This document shows positions 33,991 to 47,075 of a stretch of 64,000 nucleotides of DNA, piece by piece. How positions within the stretch are numbered: the stretch's first letter is position 1; each line of letters opens with the position of its first letter. The notes beneath the pieces were generated by a model. It was not told where the DNA came from and ran no database searches. It saw only the letters and a program-made list of their open reading frames with translations. A program made the translations under genes and the position numbers. Source of the DNA: Nemertoderma westbladi (lineage: Eukaryota; Animalia; Xenacoelomorpha); contig JAUCBJ010007962.1 of the NCBI GenBank assembly GCA_032718475.1, positions 1 to 64,000 of the forward strand, written 5' to 3'.

Positions 33991-36040
33991 TATCTGCCTA
34001 CTTACTGCGTACCTATTATGTACTATTATTTTTTTTATTTTTATTTTTATGTGTGGGAAGGGCGTCTCGCCCTCAATCCCACCCCCCTCAGTCCAAAACT
34101 TGGGCGACTAAACTCTACTCGACTAAGGTGCTCCCTCTAACAGGCAGCACTTCCCCACAGCCCTCCTGTAGGTCTTCCTATCTTTCGCCCCTATCTTGCC
34201 ACCTATCCGCACTTCTACCGATCGGACTCTTCCGTCCTCATCGAGTAATTGGTAGAGAAAGGAACAAGAAATTAGCAGGAGCTGTATAAAATTAGTAAAT
34301 ATATCAGCGGACGGCAGATTAGCGCCATCCAACGGTAAGTAGCAGCGGTTTTGGATTTAGCAACCCTACATTACAAATAATACGCTCCTGATTGCCCTGC
34401 TTAATAAATAGAGCAATTTGTGTCTTTATTGGTTGGGTCGGGGTAGTTTGTTTAACACCAACCATTTCTAGTATTGATTCATACAGCATGTCTAATGTCC
34501 TAAGTCTAGAGAATGTAATGTAATGTAAGGTAAGTACAGTAGGCAGATGATACGGAAGCCCATAGTATCAAACAGTAGTGGAATAATCAACTACTGTATC
34601 ATATTTTCTGTCACAAAGTTCTCAATATATTACACAAAACTCACAACCAGTAGATTTTTGCGATATTTATGTGCCATGACGCTTGAAAGTCGCAAGTGAA
34701 TCGCATGTGAGTTTTATGCGACTTAACGCAAGTAGGTCGCTTGCGTAAAGGTCGGGCCATAACTCTTGGGAATCACATAAGATACGCCTGCGTTGCACGC
34801 TTGCGATACGCTTGCGCACTTTCACTGGGTAGTATCCCCTCGTCTTCTCTTCCGGATGCCTCTCGGTGAAATCCACCAGTATCTCCTTTCCTCCTAACTC
34901 CGCCTTTCTCTTTCGGACAAGTTTCTCTGCCATTTCGAACTCTCCACAATCGCTCACCCGTTAGGTGGTGCCTTGCCAAGGCGCGGTATGGATGAGTGAT
35001 AAAGTAAAGATGGTTTATTCAGTTCGAAAATGGCCTATCTCTCGCAGAATTTCTGAGTTATTACCTAATTTTGCCACCTAATTCCTAAAACTGTCAAATT
35101 GTACCCTAAATTGAATAAATTAAAAATACGCTATTTTATTTTTAATTTAATCCTACTACTGTGCTACTACTTCTGCCAATGGATTATTCTACCTTATAAT
35201 CCACATTCTGGCCTACTCTGTGGGCTTGTGCAGTACAACAGTATGCGTCGCGTGGCCTACACGATTTATCCAGCTGTACTCACGTGCCCCCCTCTCTCTA
35301 CTCACTACTAACTAATATTTATATTATACATACCCTTCTACCACTAACTCTTACTAACCAGTACTACGTACCCTTTCACTAACTTCTAACTAACTCTTAC
35401 TAATCGGTACTACGTACCCTCTTACTAACCTCTAACTCCCACTAACTCCTACTAACCGGTACTACGTACCCTCTTACTAACCTCTAACTCCCACTAACTC
35501 CTACTAACCGGTACTACGTACCCTCTTACTAACCTCTAACTTCCACTAACTCCTACTAACCGGTACTACGTACCCTCTTACTAACTTCTAACTCTCCCTA
35601 CTAACGGTACTATGTACCCTCTTACTAACTTCTAACTCTCCCAACTGACGGTACTACGTAACCTCTTACTAATTTCTAACTCTCCCAACTAACAGTACTA
35701 CGCACCCTCTTACTAACTTCTAACTCTCCCAACTAATGGTACTACGTACCCTCTTACTAACTTCTAACTCTCTCAACTAACGGTACTACGTACCCTCTTA
35801 CTAACTTCTAACTCTCCCAACTAACGGTACTACGTACCCTCTTACTAACTTCTATCTTAACTAACTAATGGTACTACATACCCTCTTACTACTTAACTAA
35901 CTAACTTCTATCTGCCTACTTACTGCGTACCTATTATGTACTATTATTTTTTTTATTTTTATTTTTATGTGTGGGAAGGGCGTCTCGCCCTCAATCCCAC
36001 CCCCCTCAGTCCAAAACTTGGGCGACTAAACTCTACTCGA

Positions 36041-39000
36041 CTAAGGTGCTCCCTCTAACAGGCAGCACTTCCCTACAGCCCTCCTGTAGGTCTTCCTATC
36101 TTTCGCCCCTATCTTGCCACCTATCCGCACTTCTACCGATCGGACTCTTCCGTCCTCATCGGAGTAAGTGCCCACAACTCTCGCCAACCGCCACTGGTTG
36201 TTGATGATGGTATCGTCCGTGACGATCACCAGATCACCCTCATTTAACTCCCTGTTTGTATTTCTCCACTTGCTTCTCCTATGAAGCGTGGGTAGATATT
36301 CCTCGACCCACCTCCTCCAGTACTCCGCGCTTATCACCTTAGCGACTTTCCAACTCTGGCGGAGTGTATATTGTCTGGGTCTACACCCCGCATGTCGATG
36401 GTCGCTGGCCTTTCCATTAGAAAGTGACTGGGCGTCAGCACATCTAACGACTCAGGGTCATTATTTTCTGGATATAGCGGTCTGCTATCAATGATACCCT
36501 CACACTTTGCTAGTACCGTCCTTAGTACGTCCTCTGTTACCATGTGGTTGTTCATCAACTTCGTCATCAGACGCTTGGAACTACCCATGAGTCTCTCGAT
36601 GCATCCTAGAGTATGCGGAGCATATGGCGTCCTCCTCTCCCACTTTACCTGTCGCCTTCTCATGGCTGCCCTGACTTCCTCCCCTTCCAGGATATCCAAG
36701 GCCTCTGCCATCTCTTCTCCGCCCCCACAAAGTTGGTCCCGTTGTCAGAACATATTACTGCGATCGTCCCACCTTTGCGGTCTCTGAACCTTTCTAGAGC
36801 ATTAATGAATGCTGATACAGTTGCATCTTGGGCGAGTTCTATCCCTACCGCCCACGTATTGTTACACACGAAGATAATACCGTAGCGTTTCTCCGTGTGT
36901 CGCATCACCTTAATCTTTATTGGCCCAAACATATCCACACCGCAATGCGTAAATGGCGGGTCATGTTGTCTCACCCTACTGGCCGGCAGTGGCGCCATCT
37001 CCTGTATAGCTCGCTCCTTCTTCGTTCGTCGGCAGGTCTGGCACTGCCCCACTACCGCCTTTACCTTCTGCCTCAACTGTTTGACCCAAAAGGTCCTCCG
37101 TATCTCCGTGAGGGTCCAGTTGGTGCCCCCGTGCAATATCGACTTGTGGGAGTCCCATATAATCTGGTGGACTATCAGCGATCCATTAGGGATGATGATG
37201 GGCTTTGGTGGGATGACACACCCTAGAGTTCATTACTAACATCCCGTCATCATTGAGTTGTGGTGACAGCGCAATCAGCTCACTGTCCCGTCAGAGATGC
37301 TGTTGTTTACTGACGCATTCCACCTCGTTGCCGTAGTTCTTTCTCTGCTCGCAGCGGATGATTGCCTTGGCCGCTCCCTCCAGATCGATGGTTGTTCGAA
37401 TTTTTATGTCTTTGCCGACTCCCTTGAGGAAATCCCCGAAGGCTCTCCAGTACGCCACTAACTTCTTGGTCTTGTACCAACTGGAGCTGTAGCTAAGGAG
37501 TTTGTCCATTGGGTTATCGCACAGTTTTTCCGATTTTGGTTGCACGTCCCTTATCTCCCTCACCATTTGTCTATATATCTCTTCACTCTCTGAATCACCT
37601 TCCTCTTCCTCTAATGCTACCTCTCCTGAGCCCGGGTCCACCTTTCTCATCGGCGGCCAGGCTGTCTTATCGCTCAGAAATTGCAGCCCATGCTGCCATA
37701 ATACTTCCTTCTTCAGGAAAGTGTGGCATGCCACGCCCCTCAATAACAAGTCCGCTGGGTTCTCGTCCATTGGGCAGTAGTGCCACCTTTCTAACTCTGT
37801 GGTCGCCCTTTTTTCGTCCATCCTGTTTGCGATGAATATAGGGTACCTTGTCCTTTCGTTATGTAGCCAACCAAGCACTACCATGGAATCCGTCCAGTAG
37901 TGTGTCTCCACTATGTTGGGAATAACGTCCATCAAGTAGGCTGTGGCCCTTACTCCTAACCTCGCTGCTGTTAACTCGAGTTTCGGAACCAATGCTGAAT
38001 TTGGTGGCGTCGACTTTGCCTTGCTGAATGCGAGTTTGGGCTTGTGAGCCCCCTCTCGTTGTACTAAGTAGAGTGCCGCTCCGTATGCCTCTAACGATGC
38101 ATCGGAGAACATTTTTTATGTAGATCCAGATTCGTCATGTCCCCATCTGGGAAATACACTCGTGGCATGCTGTATGTTCCCATCTGCTCTAAACTCTCTG
38201 TCCACTTGTGCCACTGCTTGCTGATCTCTTCCGGGACCTCCGTGTCCCAATCCTCCTTCAATTTGTATACTCTCTTGAGTATCTGTTTCCCCGTGACTAG
38301 TAATGGGGATGCTAGGCCTAGGGATCATATATCCTTGCTATGTACGACACATAGCCCCTCTTTGTGTGGATGTCTGCGCCCTCCTGGCTCAACTGATACT
38401 TCAGTTCATCTGTCTCTCAGTTCCACACGATTTCCAGTGCCTTCTGTTGAGACTCTATCCTCTTGTTCGCCATGTCCTGTCCATTGGCTGTCGTGGGGTT
38501 ATCCATGGTCGATTCTGGCCTCCTATCCTCTATGGCCTTAATAAATTCCTCCGAACTGGATTGGAACTTGGTCAGGTTAAAGCCGGATCCTTTAAGGATG
38601 TCGCGAACCTCGCGCCCTGTATCCAGTAGTTCCTTAACCGTGTTTCCAGACTCCATTCCGTCGTCTACATAGAAGCCGCGTCGAATCATATCGACGGCTT
38701 TGGCGCTGTACTTATCCTCCTTCCCCTCTACTGTGTCTCTTACGGCCCCAGTTGTCGTAAACAAAGACGACTTGGCTCCCATATTCTGTACTACCATCTT
38801 GTACATCAGTATTGTCGACGGTTCCTCGTCGCCGTTGTACCATATGAAGCGTTGGCTGTCGCTATCCCCTTCCGTTACACGGACTTGGTTGAACATGCCT
38901 TCTATGTCGCAGGTGAAGGCGTGTTTCCCATTCCTGAATCTGAGTAGGACCTCGATCCCTGAGTTGTAGATATTGGGACCCTCCAGCAGATAATCGTTTA

Positions 39001-40050
39001 GGCATTTGCCGTTGGTTTTAGCCGATGCGTCAACTACCATCCGCAGTTTACTTTTCTTCGGGTCTAGAGCCACGTGGAGTGGCAGGTAATAAGTCCTGTC
39101 CGTGTTTGGTTTGTCGACCGGTAGTTCTACGGCCCATCCTTTCTCGACGTACTTCTTAATTGTCTTGTCAATGTACTCATTCTTTTCAGGGCTCTGTTTT
39201 AGCATCTGCTTCAACTTACGAAGCCTCGTGAGTACCATTCCTCTATTGTTGGGTAGCAGTAGCTTCGGTAGCTTCCATACCATCCCTATGGTATACCGCC
39301 CCTCGTCGCATCTCATCGACTCCTTTACGCTCTGTAGAGCCTGTTTGTCTTCTCCGATGTTCCGACCCCAGTCTCCTTTAATCCCTCAAAATCCTGCCTG
39401 AGCAGTCTCCTGAGCTGCTCCTCCGCTCCCTCATCCTCAATCTCTCGCATAGTTCCCGCGAACATGCAGCCTGATGTCTCTGACATCCTAAATGGTATTT
39501 TACTCTTAATTGGGCCGCTCAGCGTCCACCCGAATGGTGTTAAAATCGCCACCGGGTCACACTGCCTGTCTTTGCCGAAGACCGTTTGCATTCTCTCGTG
39601 GGCCATCGGGCAGTCCATTCCTACTATAATGGATACCTTCCTAACGTCTACCTCTGGGATTGAGAAGTCGATACTGTCCAGGAATTTATATTGTTCGACC
39701 TCGATGTTGGTTGGTTGCCTGGCATTGATATTTATCAACTCTATCACCTGGATGGGGTCGATGGTCGCCCCATAGTCGCATCCCAGTACTACCGCTGCTA
39801 TCGCGCACTGTCCGGTCCTCATCTCCAGGACCTTATCTTTGCTGGAGATGGTTGTTACTGCCATTCTACTTGGCCTCGTTCTCAACCCTATCTCTTCGGC
39901 CACCCAATTCTCAACTAAGGTGAAGGCTGCTCCAATGTCGACCAGCATCAATGTAGTCACTGATCGATTGCCTTCCCCAATCACTCGCACTGGTACTACC
40001 CCAAGTAGTACCGTTCCTCTCTTCTTTGCTCCCCCTGTGCTCGTTGCCAT
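36041..40050 (-). pseudogene. pol: Element C pol (PR-RT-RH-IN), frameshifted
   Basis: ORF pieces 39325-40050, 38417-39316, 37291-38112, 36660-37136, 36334-36711 and 36041-36337 carry Pao pol motifs. Confidence 0.93.
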
Positions 40051-43000
40051 TGTCTGACCTTTACTTTGACCGAACTTAATTGGTGTTTCCTTGCATTGGT
40101 TAGCGAACAGATTTCATTTCTTCTCGCGTATTCTACCTGATCTTCCCTGGGTAGCGCTTGCCAGTACCTGCAGTTCATGGTCTGATGAAGTGCATTTGTA
40201 TGTAATTGGCATTTGCTCTTTGGGTTGTAGCCGTCCTTATACAGTTCGCTGCGTATCGCACCTACGTTTGTACCAAAGTCCCTACCATTCTTATTGTTTG
40301 GGTTCGGCCTACTGGGCGTGCTGGGGTTATGTTTATTTGTGTTGTTATTTTTCCCCTGTCCGTTCCATGATGTGGTCTTACCCCCGGCTACCTGTGGACT
40401 AGTAGTCCCCTGCGTTGCCGTGTACGGCAGTGACTGTCTGAGCTTTGGCAATGCGTTTGACGCGTTGTGTTCTGGTTTCGGTCTCCAGGTGCCCGTATTC
40501 CCTGTCTAGTGCCCACCATGCTGTTGTGAAGCCGCCCTCGATGCCCTGGTATTGCCTCACGATATCATATGCTGGGCCTCCTGTATATACTTGCAGATAT
40601 TTTAGGCACTCCGCCTGCATCAAGTTCTTTGTTAGTATTTCATTACTATACATGCGCCAAAACTGCAGGTATTCTTCCGGCCTACTTCCATCAAATTTAA
40701 ATGGTTCCACGGGTGGTAACTCGATCCTGGTTTTTAATGCATCGATCAATGTGGCCATTCCCATTGCTTGTGCTTCCAATGGGTTCGATGGATGTTGTAT
40801 AGGTTCTCCCGTCGGGTGCGGTCCATTCATCCTGTCTGCCGCTTTCCTTTGACTTGGATATATCATTGGGGGTAGCGGCCCCCTCCATATTTCGGTGTCA
40901 CACGATCTGTTCTCGTCCAAGGGGTTCGATGTTCTTACTCCTATTGGGGTATATTGTTGATATTGTGATGGGGGAATGTCACCCAGTCCCCCCCCCCCCC
41001 CCCACCGGTATGTTTGGTACTGGGGTTGATGTTAATATATTGGGGCCCATGTACCTATCCGCAATAATTCTCCCCTCCCCTGGATATATGTTATGTCCTT
41101 GCATGCTGTAGTCATACTGCTGTGCTGGTACCGGTATAGGCCTATCCACTTCTGGCCTACCTGCCGGTATGTACTCCGTGACTTCCAGGTTTAATCCCGT
41201 TGTCCGCGCTATCCTATCGCCTACATTATCTCTCCCAGTATGGCCTATGGTATGTGCAGTAAGGCCTACAGTATGTCCTGCAGTCTGTATGTGTTGCTCG
41301 GGATCGAAGTTTAATCTTCTCGAATAATCCTCCAAGCAGCTACCGTATTCTCGATCGGTAGGTAGATCCCGCCGGAAAGTTTCTCTTCGACCCCCTCTAT
41401 TGTTCTCGTCCTCGTACCGGTACATCGCGTACCCCTCTCTCGACGCGTAGTGCGCCTTGTCAGGTCGCGTTTCTCTGGGACGACGGCAATCTCCCGAAGT
41501 TCGACCCCACTGACTCTCTGTTTCCATCTCTACTACCGACGGCTCGCTATCCGTCCTCGCTCTCCGTCGCCCGCGACAACACTTTTTCTATTTTCTTCTC
41601 TTCTTCTCTCTCCAGTGCTGTATTCCCGCTCGTGAGATCTCTTGTCGACCTCCCGGTTAAACTCCACTGTTCTTCTTCCCTCTTCTGATCTGATTGTAAA
41701 TTCGAATTTAGATTTAAATTATTTGAATTATTTTGCATAATTATATTATTTGAGTTATTTTGTATGTTCAGGTTTAGACTATTATTTAAATTATTTCCTA
41801 CGTTTATATTAGAATCGTTCGGATTTAAATTACTACTGTCGGGCAAAATACTATTTCCTGCAATGAAAGTTTGGTTAGAGTTATCCACTACGGTACCATT
41901 AATATTAACGTCCTCTACTGTATTATTATTATTACCCCCCTGCCCGTACGGTCACACCAGTCTCGGGTCTGTCGTGCGGTCCCTGTAAATGGGGTATTAA
42001 TAAATGTTTCCACAACCCTTGGCTCCTCGTAAATACTCGAGCCAGCCTCGCTCTCTGACAATCCCATCTGTGCCAGTTCCAGTCTGCGCTTCTGTTTGGC
42101 TTGATATTGCATAAGCCCCTTCAACCGGGCGTGCATATTATCCCGCACACGCTTCCCCGTTATCTCTCTCTCCAAGTCCTCCCGCGTACTCTGATCGACT
42201 AACTCGGCCTCTCTCGCAATTCTCTCAAGTCGTCTCACCTCACATTCTCTTCGCTCATTCTCCGCCCTCACCTCGTGCTCCTTACGTTCACTCTCCGCCT
42301 CTTTCCTTTCCCTCATTCCCAATTCTTCACACTCCTTAAACTCTCTCGCGATCCTCTCAGCCCTCTCTCTGTTCTCTCTAACCAGTTCTTTCTCCTTCTC
42401 TAGTAACGCACTCCCTTCCTCTAACTGTCTCTCTAATTCTCTCTGGTCTAGCGCCGCCAGATCGAGTTGGCACACCAGATCTCTTTCTAGCACCCGTCTT
42501 TCTTTTGCGGAGGATGTAGCAGACTTATCAGTTACGACGGACTCCCTCCGCCTTCCCGTCCTACTAACTTTCCCCCGCCTCCCGGAACTTTCTCCGACCG
42601 ACGAGACCGAATCCTCGGGGTTAACCTCGGATTCGCCCTCCTGCGGTCTCCTCCAACCCACTAATTTTATTCCCCGGGCATCGACTAAGTATGGCCCTAT
42701 GTACACTACACCAGGCTCCATACCCCATACATTCCCATAGTTCAAACAGTTCGCTGGCAACCCCTCTCGCTCTCTCATCGGCTAGTTCTCCCTGCCCAAA
42801 ATGCACTAAGTAAGCAAAGTGTTTATTCGACTCATCTAGCCGCTTCTCTAACTTCACCTGGTCTATCTTGGCCCCTCCTTTGGCTTCTCTTAATTGCTTC
42901 CGGGTCGCGTTGTAGGCCCGTCGGAGCCAGTCGCTAACCCCGACGTCCTCGTTGCCGATGTCTCCTCTATCCCTCCGTGTCCGGCGCCATACCGGCAGCC

Positions 43001-43270
43001 CCACCGTCGCCGTTCCGGTGGGCCGTCCATCGCCCTCGGCCTGTGGCTGGCCGGCGACATCGGCACGTCGACCGCCGTCGTGTGTCGACTCATCTCTCTC
43101 CCCTCTCGACTCGTTCGCTCGTTGTAGACGGCCCTCCTCCTATTGGATTGCCGAATCGCCTATGGTCGACAGATTCGGCGTCGTGGGTCGGTACCGTCGC
43201 GTCGCGGCCTTGCGGATCGTTAGATCGCCACCCGGGGTCCGAAGCGGTGACGTTTCTCCTTCTCGACTCA
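40051..43270 (-). pseudogene. gag: Element C gag (coiled coil, N-rich tract, DUF1759-like core, degenerate knuckle)
   Basis: PFKFDGSRPEEYLQFWRMY...LKYLQVYTGGPAYDIV; CQLHTNALHQTMNC; E/R-rich helix in 41915-42778. Confidence 0.8.
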
Positions 43271-43354
43271 TCTTTAGTCTCTATTTCTGGTCGGTGGCAG
43301 TCAGTTAGAGTTTGGGTATTTTATCGCTTAGGGCAACTACTCGGATCTTAACAC

Positions 43355-43911
43355 TGTGACGGGATCCACCGAGGATCCCGGTTTATCCGGCTATCTTGAC
43401 TACGCGTCCCCGCCGTGTGTATGTGAAAGAAGTTCTGATTGAGCGTCTTATTGTCCTTGGTATGTATAATGATGGTAATAAAGTATAAGCACAGATTGAA
43501 TGAGTACCGGTAAGATAGTGACTAACTGAATGATGATGGTGGCAGTGGTCGAGGACGGTGTTAAGAGTTCCCGTTCTGCCCTAACTAACTGACTAACTAA
43601 AGTGAATGAAATGACACAGCAACTGGTAATATATTGCACTGGTTGGCCGTATTACATTACTCAGCGGATGCCTGCCCCCCATTGGCTAATAACTCACTTC
43701 TCGCCTCCCATCTCTCTGTGAGTGTTTTCTCCCCCACTACTGTTATTCTCTCTTGGAGGTATAACCCCTGACCCCCATTGTGTGTGTCCTTTGGGGTTTC
43801 TCATCCCCATTTATTGGGGTGATACGAGGTTGATTGGCAATCAACCTCGTGTTCCCAATATTGCTTAAAGCTAACTTTGTGGGGTGATTAGTGGAATTGA
43901 ATTCGCTAACA
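43355..43911 (-). repeat. Probable 5' LTR of element C
   Basis: Minus strand TGTTAG...GTCACA with CCAAT- and TATA-like motifs upstream of gag. The partner LTR is not in the window, so both ends are inferred. Confidence 0.5.
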
Positions 43912-45435
43912 TGGAGTAGGCCTATTGCATGTACTGGCAGACTGGAATACCGCATGCCGGAGTTGGTCATAGGTAGCAGTTAGCCTAGCAGCCTAGGCAA
44001 CTATTGAACTAGGTCAGTCTAATGATAATTCGACCAATCGGTGTGGCAAGGGTCGGAAATTTTTGATGAAATTTTAACCACTTATCAATTCTAGTGAAAA
44101 AACGATGTGGTGAAAATTTCAGCCGATTTGATTTTGCCGTTCTCGAAATATTGATGTTTTAAATTTGGCGAAATTCCAAAAACCAGTGAAGTACATTATT
44201 TGAAGTGGTGTCTGTAGTTGATCTGATTATCAGTTTAATGTTAATTGTATGTGATTCTAAATAAACGATACCTGAACTTCAATATTTGTATTACTAAATG
44301 AATAAACTATTAATCAGAAAGTTGTCAGACGATTTCAAAGTTGCCTCAAAAATGCGAATTTTTTAAAAATGTCCACATTTGAGACCTCAGTACATTAGTC
44401 TGACAACTAGTTTATCTGTTATTTTAGTTTTCCCGGTTAGAGTAACTCATAATGATTCGAATCATATAACTTTAGTAGGTAAACTGATAATCAGATAGTC
44501 TGTATGACTGAATATCTGGGTGAAGAATCTGAAAACTGTCAAAAAATGCAATATTGGAGGCTCTTCTGATATATCATACTTCTGATATCAATATTACCTC
44601 CTCTGACGTGGGCATGTTCAGGCAATAGGGCATGCTTCCAAATGGGCGTGGGCGAAGATAGTGTGGTCACCTTTATGCGCCATGGACATCCCTTCCCCTT
44701 GCATTGCTGAGGCCTAAAGGTTTAGGCAGCCATTCCCCGAAGCGTTTGGCTGTTTAAGGTAGATACACTAAAAGCTACATGTTCTGAGTTTGCAGTATAT
44801 TTTAACGTAAATGACCAAAGATTTATCGAATTAGACTAAACTTTCACAAATTAACTAATGACAAAGTTATAAAGACACAAGACAAGACAAGTCCAGTGAT
44901 AAGAGTGTTGAGTGATAACCAAAGAGCAAACGGCGCCTTATATAGGAAATCCTAAGCGTGGAATCCACTAGAACATTCTACCACATTCTATGAGCGCACA
45001 TTGGACCAATAAATTATCAAACGTCCTACGATTGGCCCAACTAATCTGTCCATGTGTTGTACGCACTCCATTGGCTTATCTAATTTAATACAAATTTTAC
45101 TGACCCAGATTCGAACTCTTGACCTACCTAGGATGTGACCTGCGCCTTAACCTACTGGGCTACTGCACCAAGAGAAACCTATGCCAAATTATAACTAGAG
45201 TAGGTGAAATGCAAAATATAACAAACTATAAATCAAGGCAATTGCATTGGAATTTTGAAAGTTTTTACGTAGTACTAATTACAAATATCTACCTAATAGT
45301 GAAATAATCCCACAATAATGGTGGACAAAATAATTTAAATTATAATATAAATAATCACGGTGATGCTAGTGGCGGTATATTAATATAAACATTAGCGAAG
45401 CAAACAATTCGCCTAGCGGATGCCTACAAGGCCAT

Positions 45436-47075
45436 GTGGAGATGCAGCAGGAGATGCAGGCGAATGGGCCCAGGGGAGATAGGAGCAACGTGTCAAATGG
45501 AGGGGGGTGTGAAGGAAGGGGTGATAGGATGAGACGAGAGGTCACGGGTTGGGGGGGGGGGGGGGGGGGGTACGTCGGTACGGGCACCCCATCGCAACTA
45601 GTTAGTGACGGGTGGGGCTACAGGCAACCGTGTGACGAGAGGGGGGGGGGGGGGGGTGGGGAAATAAATGCCCCACAGATGTTGTTGGTGGGAAATATGC
45701 GTGGTGATTCAAGTGAACCGGGGCTCCCAACGACGGAGGAGAATAGAGGGGGGGGGGGGGGGGGGCAACAAACGCCCCACAGATGTCTGTGGGAAATGCG
45801 CGCATTGAGTCAAGTGAACCATGGCACCCGACGATGGAGGAGAGTAGAAGGGCAGAGAATATCTACGAGGCTGTACAACTGGGTAAGAGGAAAAGCATTC
45901 ACGCCGAAAGTGGCCAAACGAAGGAGCACCGAACCCATTCGGGAGACGGAAGGAGAACGGTAGAGTTCATCCGGGAGGTCGATATGAGATCTCATGAACG
46001 GAGATATAATGCTGGGAGTAGAGGACGCGAGGAGGGTGAAAGAGACGAGCGAAGAAATATTGCTACGGGCAACCAGAGATTTCGGGATAGGACGGATAGT
46101 GAACCGACTACTACTAGGATCGGCATGCTGCATTGCAGCTGCATTTTTAAGAATGCTGTGCCGGCTTGTCAACAAAATTGCACCGCCACAACTCCCTATC
46201 ACCCATGACATTTGCTAGATCATCCGCATCTTTAAGGCCAGTGTCCTTTAAGATGCGTCTCAAGAAAGTCATGGGCTGTCCACCATGCTTATTCACTCCA
46301 TGAGGCTGCCAAAGTACAAGATTATGCACTGGCTGGTCCTCACGGCGAAAGCAATGTCCTGCAAAGCGGAGGCGATTTTGTTCTAGTGTCAAGCTTGGGG
46401 GAACCAATGAGACACCTCCAATGTTATATAGTGTCTGGTTGGAGATGTGTGCATTGTACTTGACACAATGAACCCGGCGTAGCATTCTTGTGAATGTGCC
46501 ATCCAGAGATTTGGTGTCCTCAGCAGTTAGAGCCCAGCATGGACTCCCGTAGAGGAGTACTGGAACTACTGCTGCTCTAAATAATCGGACCTTAAGTTTC
46601 CGATTAATTCTAGGTGACTTCCAAATCCTGGAAAGCCTATTCAAGGCTGCCCATGCCTTTCCCTTACGTATTCGACGGTTAGTCGATAGTTGAGGTAGAG
46701 AAGTAGGGCCAGTGGGGTTGTACTTCGGGAGATTGCCGTTGCCCCGGAGAAACACAACCTGGCGAAATATATCACACACCAGGAGAGGGTTACAGAGTGT
46801 ACCGGGACAAGGAGGATGAGAGAAGAAGAGATCGAAGGGAAACTTCCCATCGGAACGTTGCTGCCGATCTACGATATGGTAGTCGCGGGGAGGAGTTCTC
46901 GGAATATTCGATAAGTTTAAACTTTGATCTCGAGGAGCACATTCAGACTGCAGGACATACTGTAGGTCTTACAGAACATACTATAGGCCATTCTCGGAGA
47001 GATTGTGTAGGTGATAGGGTAGCGCGAATACTGGGATTAAATCTGGAGGTCGCATCTTACATACCGGTGATTAGG
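45436..47075 (+). pseudogene. gag relic of a C-related element, interrupted by a LINE
   Basis: IQTAGHTVGLTEHTIGH matches C's IQTAGHTVGLTAHTIGH; sequence flanking the LINE aligns with the reverse complement of ~41150-41590; poly-G tracts. Confidence 0.75.
46105..46678 (-). mobile_element. 5'-truncated RTE-like LINE 3' fragment with (TAG)n tail
   Basis: KLKVRLFRAAVVPVLLYGS...RLRFAGHC; same family as 54835-55312. Confidence 0.85.

Larger units (their letters stand above)
32235..36161. repeat. ~2-kb tandem duplication spanning the A-LTR/C junction
   Basis: Copy 1 is 32235-34239 and copy 2 is 34240-36161; junction microhomology ATCG. Confidence 0.93.
32453..43911 (-). mobile_element. BEL/Pao LTR retrotransposon C (older, heavily disrupted; 3' end displaced by element A)
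   Basis: Minus-strand gag, protease LVDIGA, RT GFYVDD, RH FSDAS, IN GVDMFGP/SDNGTNF, DUF5641-like WRRWVEEYL. Confidence 0.9.

Noticed and set aside
33360-35905. CRISPR-like array with palindromic repeats
   Set aside because: The intervening sequences are near-identical rather than unique spacers, there are no cas genes and the context is eukaryotic; it is a minisatellite.
44040-45120. Additional transposon or promoter (TATA/CCAAT-like motifs on the minus strand near 44940-45070)
   Set aside because: No termini, TSD, partner repeat or coding evidence within the window.
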